Assembly: GCA_024275415.1 (NCBI GenBank)
Contig: JAJRZD010000019.1
Coordinates: 44,602-76,601 of the forward strand
Direction of reading: 5' to 3'
Length of the DNA stretch: 32,000 nucleotides
DNA from: an archaeon
Lineage (GTDB): Archaea > Asgardarchaeota > Thorarchaeia > Thorarchaeales > Thorarchaeaceae
Below, piece after piece: positions 9,669 to 18,129 of the stretch. Numbering within the stretch: position 1 is the stretch's first letter; the number at the start of each line of letters is the position of its first letter. Below the pieces are notes generated by a model, which was not told the origin of the DNA, searched no databases, and saw only the letters and a program-made list of their open reading frames with translations. Both the position numbers and the translations under genes were made by a program.

Positions 9669-10421
9669 CTATGAGAACACTCTCAGGTCGATGTTCAGGA
9701 ATCCCTCCTTGTGCATAATCAGCCGCACCCGTCCGTACTTCCTCTTACCAGTAACAATCGCTTGAAGGGTTTCCCGCTCAGAATTTCTACTTCGTTTGTC
9801 GAATGGGATGGGAACCTTCTCCCCCGATAGCGTAAGCACCTCGACAGCCTTCTCGAACACATCAACGAGCATCCCCGAAAGGATTATAGTGCCATGCTTG
9901 AAGTGTGGTATTTTCCCTCTTATGCTGACCAACATCTTTGATAATTGGCGATGCCTACTTATCTCTGCAGCTGCGCTCCGAATCACGTCCTTTACAAACT
10001 GGTTCGCGTATAGATGCACAAATTCAATCCGTGTCCCCTCTGAAACGCGAATCTTTTCTATGGTACCATGACCCGTCCTACCAAGGTGTTGTTCTGGGAA
10101 ATACCTGGCGACCAGTCTATCCTCAAAACGTCTTCCAAAGGACTGAAGGCTATCTTTTTCCTGCCCTCCCACTTTCCGGACAAGGAACCCTGTCACAATT
10201 CTATCGTGCAGGAACCTCTCCGCCTTGGACTTGTTGCCAATCCCTTCCTTGTAGATCGTTTTGATGGCGAAATTTGTGGCATCTGCATACACATTGAAAT
10301 CATGTTCCAAAGTCAGTTGTTTTGTGCGAGACAGTGGCACGCTAAGCAACTTGACTATCTCGACCTGTTTCTCAGACATCGCCTTCACTTGTGATGATGC
10401 TACCTTGCCTTGCTTAATCAA
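9669..10421 (-). CDS. TnpB/Cas12f-like protein comprising only the WED/REC region, with no RuvC domain
   Basis: Ordered TnpB N-half motifs: EIVKLLSVPLSRTKQLTL..YADATNFAI; ANQFVKDVIRSAA; KIPHFKHGTI; VLTLSGEKVPIPF; KYGRVRLIMHKEGFLNIDLRV; stop falls where the RuvC-I linker would begin; likely ATG at 10379. Confidence 0.65.
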   Translation of the reverse strand: MIKQGKVASSQVKAMSEKQVEIVKLLSVPLSRTKQLTLEHDFNVYADATNFAIKTIYKEGIGNKSKAERFLHDRIVTGFLVRKVGGQEKDSLQSFGRRFEDRLVARYFPEQHLGRTGHGTIEKIRVSEGTRIEFVHLYANQFVKDVIRSAAAEISRHRQLSKMLVSIRGKIPHFKHGTIILSGMLVDVFEKAVEVLTLSGEKVPIPFDKRSRNSERETLQAIVTGKRKYGRVRLIMHKEGFLNIDLRVFS

Positions 10422-10442
10422 TCTAGCTCCGGGAACAGTCGC

Positions 10443-11468
10443 TCAGAGCCTGTCTGCTATGAATCTTGCTTCAGCAATCCCCCTCTGTATTCCCTTCGGA
10501 AGCAGGTCATAGGCGCCGAACTCGAGCATGACCTTCTCATAATACTCGGGCTCGTGCTCCCGTAGATTCGCCATCAACGAGTCCCCTGACTTGTATGCAT
10601 CCTTCAAAGTCAGTAATGCCAGCCCGATCATCGTCATCGCCCTACGCATCTCAAGGACTGCAAGCTCATAATCCCCATTGAACGTCAATGTCTGTGCTCC
10701 ATAATAGTTCCGCTGTGCCTGAATCAGATGCGCTCCTGTGGGACTCTCAGGTGTGACGTTCTCATTCTCCTCAAGCCGTTCAACTGCTCTCTCAAGCCAC
10801 TCCCGTACTATCTCAAGGATCTCGACAAGCTGCTTCTCTTCCATGCCCTTGAGCCTGAAGGTTCTCAGGAAGAGCTTGTACATCGTCGGATCCAGCAGCC
10901 GGATGTTGGAAAGCACCTCTGAAGGTTTGATGATGTCAAAGATGTTGTTGCGCATGATGATCAAGCGACTCAGGTCGAATATCCCACCCCTCATCTCGTG
11001 CACCGCCGATTCGATATCGTTCTCTGCAAGATGTCCTTCCGCACGGGTCAGCTCCTCAAGTGCAATCTGTTTGATCTTTTGCATGGTCTTTTCAGGCCAT
11101 TGATAGGACTTGGCACGCTCTATCCATCTCTGCACGTCCCCGTCTTCATCAAACTCGACCCTAGCGCTCTTCAGCCTGCTTACGACCCCTGCAATCACGA
11201 ATGCATGGTCTTCGTACTCGTCGAATATCTCTTCGAACTTGGCGCTTGGGATGAAATCCATGTCTATCTTGATCCCTCTATGCTCAGCTATCAGCCTTGC
11301 AGGCGCCTCATCATCCTTCCAGACAATGACAAGGTCAAGATCTGAGCCCATCGTAGCGGTGCCTTTCACCACGGACCCGTAGGTGAAGATGCCTTTCACC
11401 TCATCCCGCTTCTTCCATTCCTCAATGGTGTCCTGAAGGGCTGCGTCAAACCTACGGCCAATATCCAT
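10443..11468 (-). CDS. Pol-beta-type minimal nucleotidyltransferase fused to two HEPN-like helical bundles
   Basis: YGSVVKGTATMGSDLDL (GS..DxD) plus IDMD; two similar helical repeats (LTRAEGHLAENDIESAVHEMR / GAQTLTFNGDYELAVLEMR). Confidence 0.75.
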   Translation of the reverse strand: MDIGRRFDAALQDTIEEWKKRDEVKGIFTYGSVVKGTATMGSDLDLVIVWKDDEAPARLIAEHRGIKIDMDFIPSAKFEEIFDEYEDHAFVIAGVVSRLKSARVEFDEDGDVQRWIERAKSYQWPEKTMQKIKQIALEELTRAEGHLAENDIESAVHEMRGGIFDLSRLIIMRNNIFDIIKPSEVLSNIRLLDPTMYKLFLRTFRLKGMEEKQLVEILEIVREWLERAVERLEENENVTPESPTGAHLIQAQRNYYGAQTLTFNGDYELAVLEMRRAMTMIGLALLTLKDAYKSGDSLMANLREHEPEYYEKVMLEFGAYDLLPKGIQRGIAEARFIADRL

Positions 11469-11628
11469 CTTTCTCGCTCCTCAATCTTTATGCACCCCGA
11501 TGATGTACGTTTCAGAATATGAATCTACACCCGACCTATTAATTGAATGATTCCTTCTCTCTTGGGAGAAACCTTTTCCGACATCTCTTAATAGCTGTAT
11601 AAATCCGTATCCCGTAGAGGCACCAACA

Positions 11629-12333
11629 ATGACCAGAACCGATGGCAGAGCAAACAACGAACTACGACCTGTCACCATAACCCGCAACTACCTCAAACAC
11701 CCAGAAGGCTCAGTCCTCATATCGACCGGGGACACGAAAGTCATATGCACGGCCACCGTGGAAGAAAACACTCCCAGTTGGCTCAATGGCACCGGCCAGG
11801 GATGGGTCACCGCTGAATATGCGATGCTCCCGCGTGCCACGAACGAGCGTACCAACCGCCACAAGGTCTCGGGCAGGAACCAAGAGATACAACGCCTGAT
11901 CGGACGCTCCCTCCGCGCAGCAGTCGATATGAACCGGATGGGCGAAACGACAATCAAGGTGGACTGTGACGTGATCCAAGCAGACGGCGGCACACGGACT
12001 GCCTCTATCACTGGCGCCTATGTCGCTATGGTCGATGCCCTTGCTTACATGATCGACATGGACATCATTCCCGACCTCCCCCTGCGAGGGAACGTGGCTG
12101 CTGTCAGCGTGGGTGTGGTCGATGACGAGTGCCTGCTTGACCTCTGTTATGTGGAGGACTCGGCAGCCCAAGTGGACATGAACATCGTCATGCTGGATGA
12201 CGAGTATGTAGAGGTGCAGGGGACAGGCGAACACTCTACCTTCGACAGGCAGGCGCTGGACGAGATGCTCGACCTCGCCAAGAAAGGCATCTCCCAGCTC
12301 ATCAAGCACCAGTTGAGCGCCCTCGACCTGTAA
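11629..12333 (+). CDS. rph: Bacterial-type ribonuclease PH
   Basis: RNase PH signature [13 protein letters not shown]; [14 protein letters not shown]; [13 protein letters not shown]; [15 protein letters not shown]; EVQGTGE. Confidence 0.92.
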   Translation: MTRTDGRANNELRPVTITRNYLKHPEGSVLISTGDTKVICTATVEENTPSWLNGTGQGWVTAEYAMLPRATNERTNRHKVSGRNQEIQRLIGRSLRAAVDMNRMGETTIKVDCDVIQADGGTRTASITGAYVAMVDALAYMIDMDIIPDLPLRGNVAAVSVGVVDDECLLDLCYVEDSAAQVDMNIVMLDDEYVEVQGTGEHSTFDRQALDEMLDLAKKGISQLIKHQLSALDL

Positions 12334-12489
12334 GAGCCCCTCTTCCCCCTGACAACCCCTTGTCCTTGCGTAAGGTTTAATTGCAAATTCTTCGCGAGTA
12401 CCTTTGCTCATGTCGAGTAGAAGCTTGTTATCACGGCTTCAGCAAGGTCGTGACTGAAAATCGCTCTGGCGAACCTCGACACATAGCAA

Positions 12490-12517
12490 CGTTTAAATCC
12501 GCAGCCAATCTGGCTGC
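12490..12517 (+). promoter_or_regulatory. Candidate rRNA promoter TATA box followed by a perfect 7-bp inverted repeat
   Basis: TTTAAAT at 12492-12498, then GCAGCCA-ATC-TGGCTGC (12501-12517); a second TTTAATTG at ~12376. Confidence 0.35.
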
Positions 12518-12805
12518 CGGAGCGCACACCATGTTTCCATCGGTGTGCTCCTGTCCAAAGTCCTCACCCGAGGCTCCGCCGAGAGGACCACCTCTTGTGC
12601 CACCGGCACAACAGGCCCTCGATGAGGGGATCCATTACGAACAGACCCCGCCGGGTCACTCGCAATGGAGGACAAGTCATTCGTCCGTCAGCTGATGCCG
12701 TGCATCACCAAGGCTGGTCGACGGGACTGCAGAGGATGATCGACAATCGTACACTGAGGTATATTGAATAGTTACAATCCTTGGACAACGCAGATTCTTT
12801 CTGCG

Positions 12806-12823
12806 CAGCAGGTATTACTGTGC
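12806..12823 (+). other. 5' strand of the 23S pre-rRNA processing stem (canonical BHB)
   Basis: CAGC|AGGT|ATT bulge|ACTGTGC pairs with 16725-16742 GCACGGT|ACCT|AGA bulge|GCTG. Confidence 0.8.
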
Positions 12824-15419
12824 CGGGTGCATGAGTAAATTTGCTATTTGCTGTATGACTGTTGGTGGATGGCTTGGTTGGCAAACCGATGAAGGGCGTG
12901 ACAAGCAGCGATATTCCCTGGGTAGGCGCATGAAGCCTTTGATCCGGGGGTGCCCGAATGGGACTTCCTCGCATGGGTTAATACCCCATGTGGCTCCAGT
13001 GTCGCAGCTGGAGTGGGAACGCTCCGAACTGAAGCATCTTAGTAAGAGCAGGAAAAGAAAACAATAGTGATTCCCCTAGTAACAGCGAGCGAACGGGGAA
13101 CAGGCCAAACCGAATCCCATTGCGAAGAGTGATGGGAGATGTGGTGTGTGGGCACGGGATCTATCGCCGACGGACCTAAGACGAAGTCCTCTGGAACGAG
13201 GCGGCGGAGAGGGTGAAACCCCCGTAGTCGTAAAGTCCGGGCGTTTCCTGTGTTCCCGAGTAGCGCGGGTTGGTCTTCTCGCGTGAACGTCCCAGTCGCA
13301 ATCTGGGAAGCCTAAATATTATGCCAATCCGATAGCAAACTAGTAGCGCGAGCGAAAGTTGAAAAGAGCCGCGGAAGCGGGGTGAAAAGCACCTGAAACC
13401 AACAGTCTAAACAAAGGATGCTGATTAAAAGAGTAGACTCTCGGCGAACGAAAACGGAGTGATCCGTGTGTAGGAGCCGAGACGATCGGATTAGCATCAT
13501 CCGTCTTGAAACACGGGCCAGGGAGTTCACGGACGTGGCGAGATTAAGACATGAAGTCGTAAGCGAAGGGAAACCGACAAGCCCGCAGCCTTCGGGTGAG
13601 GGGCGAGGTGTGATAAGTGCCTGTAGTCACAGCCGTGACACGAGAAACCAGTCGATCTTGGCGTGGGCAGGGTGAAGCCGGGCGAAAGCTCGGTGGAGGC
13701 CCGAAAGGGTTCTGACGTGCAACTCGTTCCGTTGACCTGCGCGAAGGGGTAAAAGGCTTATCTAGACTGGTGATTGCTCGTTCTCCGCGAAGTTGGTCGT
13801 AGCCAAGCCCCACTCGAGGTATCATGTGGTGTAGAGCACTTTTGGAAGCGCCCGGGGGACGTCAAGTCCTTCACCTTCCCGAAAACTCCGAAGCTGCATG
13901 AACTGTAGACGGTGGGAGACGGGTGCCCGGGGTAAGCCCGGCAGGCCGAGATGGGGAGAACCGAGAGTATGGTTAAGGTCCCTAAGTGCCGGATAAGTGC
14001 GGTGAAGAAGGGAGTCGAGAGCCCAAGACAGTCTGGGGGTGAGCTTAGAGGCAGCTATCCCCGAACGAAAGCGTAACAGCTCACAGACCGAGGCTCTCGG
14101 CCTTGAAAATGGACGGGGCTCAATCCGGCCACCGAGACCATACAGCACACGAGTACCATCGTGTGATCTGGTAGCGGAGCGATCTGGTAGGGTAGAAGTG
14201 GGGCCGTGAGGTCCCGTGGACCTGCCAGATTTGATGATCCTGGCGGTAGTAACAGCGTAGCATGGTGAGAATCCATGTCACCGAAAGGGAAAGGGTTCTT
14301 CGGCGATGCGTCATCAGCCGAAGCTTAGTCGGTCCTAAGTGGCGTCGTAACTCGAGCGTCACGAAAGGGAATCAGGTTAATATTCCTGAACCTCGGAGAT
14401 ACATTTCACGGTAACGTAAAGCCGGGTCTGTGACTCATCTGGACAGGCCAAACGCAGCTCTCGCTGTGTTTAACACTATAAGCCTACCGAGTACCGTAAT
14501 GGTGAGAAGTAGGTGAAGGGTGGAATAGCGGGTGGTCGGACACCCGTTTGGCTCATTCCTGGTGACCTTGAAAAACAGATCCGGAAGGATTCTCCGAGTC
14601 CGTACCCAGAACTGACACAGGTTCCCTGGCTGAGAAGGCCAAGGTGTATCCGGGTCACTCCTCCTGAGGGAAATCGGCCAATTAGCGGCGTAACTTCGGG
14701 ATATGCCGTGCCTGGGTTAGTGCAAGCTTTCCTAGGTCTTAGTAACTCAGGGGTCCCAACTGTTTAATACAAACATAGCTGACTGCGAGCGGGAAACCGT
14801 TAGTACAGTCAGTGAATCCTGGTCTGTGCCTGTCTGTTAAAACTCAGAAATGGGTCGAAGCACAGGTTAACGCCGGGACTAACTATGAGTCTCTTAAGGT
14901 AGCCAAATGCCTTGTCGGTTAAATGCCGACGTGCATGAAGGGAGCAATGAGGTCCCCACTGTCCCCAGGAGGAACCGGGTGAACCCACACCATACCGAAC
15001 AGTGTATGTACGCCCAATGGGAAGAGAAGTCACTGCGGAGGTTTACTACGCAGTCTGTCGTTGCCATTTCTGATATCATACAGAGTATAGTCAGGAGCGA
15101 CGAAGCACGTTCTCCGGGACGTGTGGATGCGACCGTGTAATACTGACTATGGTATTGGGGATGGCTAACCTAGACCAAGCGAGTCTAGGGACACCGGCAG
15201 ATAGGCAGTTGGGCTGGGGCGGCACAGGGCTGACAAGAGATCAGCCCTGACCAATGGTGGACTCAGAGGCGACGGAAACGTCTCGTCGAGATCAAGGGCA
15301 TAAGTCCGCCTGACAGGATCCCTAACAGCAACGGATCCTGGGACGAAAGTCTGGCCTAGCGAACGTTTACATGCCAATTGTAGGGCGGTAGACATGACAA
15401 AAAACTTACCCCAGGGGTA

Positions 15420-16210
15420 ATCTCTAGCCGGTCGTCAAAAGGCGAGGATAATAAATACATCATTGCCATTTAATGAGTGGAAAAAAATGGAACGTTGGGA
15501 CATATCAGATGATGAAGACTTTGAGAAGGAGAATCTGGATAGACCAGAAACTCTGGTTCGAAGGTACATTGAACAGTTGTTCAAGGGTACAGATCGCATC
15601 ACTGAAACAATGTTAGCCAGCGTAAACATAGCCTATCTCGCAGGCATTACTGAAGATGCCCACCTTGGCCAAGGTGGAAAAGAAGGATATGTCTTTGACA
15701 TCGAGTCTAAATCAGAACGATGGCTCACTGACTTAATTATGCCTGCACTCAGACTTGAGATTCCTGAAAAGGAAATTAGAGTCAAACGACGTGGTACCAG
15801 ACCTGAGTATCGTATTCAGGTATGGGACAAAAAACTCGTTGAAACCCTTCGAGTATTATTCGAAAGACCTGGAATAGTCCGTCTGTGGAGTATTCGAAAT
15901 CAACGAGCGTGGGTGCGTGGTTTTGCTGATGCTGAAGGATCAGCAACTCGTAACACGGACAAACAACCACAATTTAGTTTCTACAACCAAAACTTGGAGA
16001 AACTTAAGATAGCAGGCGAAATCCTTGAAAAAGATGGAATCCACTTTGGCTTCTACCTACCAAATGGTAGAGATGTGTGGCAAATGTATCTAACAGGACG
16101 CGAGAATCTAAAACGTTTCCTTGATGGGGAAGCTTCTGGGGTGAGCCATCCTGAGAAACGTTCACGCTTACTTCAATTCCTTGCTGAGTAGCGCCGACTA
16201 GGGACCCTAA
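15420..16210 (+). mobile_element. Archaeal BHB-type rRNA intron (791 nt) in the peptidyl-transferase centre
   Basis: Interrupts CCAGGGGTA|ACAGAGTCGTC; GGGG:CCCT 4-bp helix flanked by TAA and AAA 3-nt bulges; intron stem TCTCTAG:CTAGGGA; AT-richer than the flanking rRNA. Confidence 0.9.
15463..16191 (+). CDS. Intron-encoded double-motif LAGLIDADG homing endonuclease
   Basis: Motif 1 AYLAGITEDAHLG, motif 2 AWVRGFADAEGSA, followed by FSFYNQNLEKLK; start could be TTG at 15463 or a slightly later ATG (MERW). Confidence 0.88.
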   Translation: MPFNEWKKMERWDISDDEDFEKENLDRPETLVRRYIEQLFKGTDRITETMLASVNIAYLAGITEDAHLGQGGKEGYVFDIESKSERWLTDLIMPALRLEIPEKEIRVKRRGTRPEYRIQVWDKKLVETLRVLFERPGIVRLWSIRNQRAWVRGFADAEGSATRNTDKQPQFSFYNQNLEKLKIAGEILEKDGIHFGFYLPNGRDVWQMYLTGRENLKRFLDGEASGVSHPEKRSRLLQFLAE

Positions 16211-16493
16211 ACAGAGTCGTCGCGGGCAAGAGTTCATATCGACCCCGCGGCTTGCTTCCTCGATGTCGGCTCTTGGTATCCTGGCGTTGCATAAGGCGCC
16301 AAGGGTGCGGGTGCTCACCGATTAAAACCGAACGTGAGCTGGGTTTAGACCGTTGCGAGACAGGTTGGTTTCTATCTATTGGGCGTGTTGGTCAACTGAC
16401 GGCAAGATGTTACCGGTACGAGAGGAACGTAATGTCGCGACCAATGGTGTACCCATTGTCCGATAGGGCAGCGTGGGGTAGCTAAGTCGTAAT

Positions 16494-16526
<33 letters not shown>

Positions 16527-16724
16527 AGACCGGAAAATAGTTGACCACTTAAGTGACGGTCCTACCGAAGGAGCGCGGGGCTGGTGACAGCGACGCGTAG
16601 TCACGAAACGAGGGTTCTGCTAGAAGAGCAGGTTAATAGGGCAGGGGTGTAAGTACCGAGCTCCGGCGAGGTATTCAGCTCACTGCTACTAATACCCGAG
16701 GCAAGCGAATTCAAAGTGCATCTC

Positions 16725-16742
16725 GCACGGTACCTAGAGCTG
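16725..16742 (+). other. 3' strand of the 23S pre-rRNA BHB processing stem
   Basis: Pairs with 12806-12823; outer stems also pair (TTACAATCCTT:AAGGGTTGTAA, ACAATCGTAC:GTACGGTTGT, GATGATCG:CGATCATC). Confidence 0.8.
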
Positions 16743-17057
16743 TAAGGGTTGTAAGAAACGTACGGTTGTAAGAGCGATCATCATCTGTGGGCCATCTATT
16801 TTTGAAGGGGCCGACCGTCTGCTGAGCGGGGGCAACCGAATGTGAGGTCTATTTCCTCCTTTTTGAGTACAATTCTAGTTCACGATGGCTAATGGGTGTG
16901 TCTGGATAACACACGCACCTGAAGGTTGGGTCTTTCAGGTACCAAGATTCAAAGGGATGCCCTTGCACCACTTCAAGGACATCCCAGCCTCAAAGGCACG
17001 TATCTCACAGGTATGCGATATGTTGATTTTCATGAGAAGCCATCCCTCAAATCTTAT

Positions 17058-17086
17058 CCGTTGCGAGACAGGTTGGTTTCTATCTA
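17058..17086 (+). repeat. Exact 29-nt direct repeat of 23S rRNA 16350-16378
   Basis: CCGTTGCGAGACAGGTTGGTTTCTATCTA occurs at both positions. Confidence 0.95.
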
Positions 17087-17115
17087 AGAGTTCTTGCCTA
17101 TCTAGGAGTTCTTGG
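17080..17115 (+). repeat. Two-unit 18-bp tandem repeat
   Basis: CTATCTAAGAGTTCTTGC / CTATCTAGGAGTTCTTGG; the first 7 nt overlap the rRNA copy. Confidence 0.85.
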
Positions 17116-17266
17116 GGGGTCATCAGACTCCACTAAGGGGTACCCAAGAAGATGAACTGTTCATTGTAGGATGGACATACGGCGGTCTACCCTTGGCGCA
17201 AGGCCTACTCTGAAGGAGGTCGAAAAGGTCTGAAACTCAGACCCACGGTGCCTCACAACCCAAGGA

Positions 17267-17720
17267 TTGTCCTCACCGACGAGCTCAGACACAGGGTTCT
17301 TGCGTACAGTACTGATCCAATTAGCCCTCAAAGACGTGTTTACCAAACAGAGTCGTGAGACCGTGTTTCGAGCACTGGATGGAGACTACGAGGACCTCAG
17401 TGAAGACCAACGTGCATCCTTCGAGAGTGTGAGTGAGAGTCAGCGGATGATCATCACAGAGTTGCTCACTGAGATAGAGGGTCTGGAGAAAAGAAAGGAG
17501 AGGTACGATGCCAGGATAGTCCGGGTGATAGAGGAGTTGAAGAAGGACGGTGACAAGGACGTCAGTTTCCTGGTGACAATACCGGGAGTGGGTCTTCCCA
17601 GTGCAGCTGTGACAAAAGTAGAGATAGGTGCAGTGGACAGGTCTGCGAGTCCTGAGAAGTCGTCATTGTACACAGGACTGGCACCGAGAGTGTACCAGTC
17701 AGGGAGTGTGAACAGGAATT
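17267..17720 (+). mobile_element. IS110/IS116/IS902-family transposase remnant (coiled coil and start of the C-terminal domain only)
   Basis: LVTIPGVGLPSAAVTKVEIGAVDRSASPEKSSLYTGLAPRVYQSG matches the Transposase_20 pattern; the DEDD N-domain is absent and similarity stops just after QSG. Confidence 0.8.
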
Positions 17721-17877
17721 CCTCAAGATCCTCGCGCAGGATGTCTATCCGGTCTGAAGTCGTCAAGATTCTATGTTTCTACCTTCTTTCTGGTTTCCAT
17801 TTATTCAGTTCTCGTTTTTAAAAACAAGTCTAGTCCTTCATTTCTTACAGGTTTCATAGATCAGTACAGTTGCAGTA

Positions 17878-18129
17878 TCAGACAATCTTCTTCAGACAAT
17901 CATGCAGAGCTGGCAAATCCTCAAGTTTCCATGGTATATCTGGGTGCTTCTTTCGAAACTCTTCAGACATCCCATTGGCTGCTTCGCCAATCACCTCGAA
18001 TAGCCTGACGACTGCGTGCATTAGCATTCTGTTCTTTTCAAGGTCTCTACGACTCTTTCCGTCCGTGAATTCGATGACTTCCATAACAGCATCCAGCATA
18101 TGTCGTAGCCGCACCTCATCCTCTTGCAT
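17878..18129 (-). pseudogene. HepT/DUF86-like HEPN toxin with an in-frame deletion of the RX4-6H catalytic segment
   Basis: RLRHMLDA...AVVRLFEVIGEAA..FRKKHPDIPWK joined directly to LEDLPALHDCLKKIV; 83 aa from ATG at 18129. Confidence 0.75.

Noticed and set aside
11710-12411. 233-aa minus-strand ORF
   Set aside because: Antisense shadow of the GC-rich rph gene; no recognisable motifs.
12550-12700. AAAGTCC suggested RNase P RNA
   Set aside because: No GAGGAAAGTCC or 3' P4 partner motif; no SRP helix-8 motif either.
15420-16210. ORF extension across the circularised-intron junction (as in I-DmoI)
   Set aside because: The ORF has its own TAG at 16189-16191; even with readthrough the circle gives a stop within a few codons (791 is not a multiple of 3).
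12381-16485. Numerous 60-110 aa ORFs on both strands across the 23S gene and its leader
   Set aside because: They lie within rRNA or leader sequence; only the intron LAGLIDADG ORF is credible.
16805-16850. GGCCGACC..AGCGGGGGCAACCGAA faintly resembles a 5S rRNA 5' end
   Set aside because: It lacks the rest of the 5S consensus and length and runs into a T-rich tract.
17080-17115. Possible mini-CRISPR
   Set aside because: Two adjacent 18-bp units with no spacer and no cas genes.
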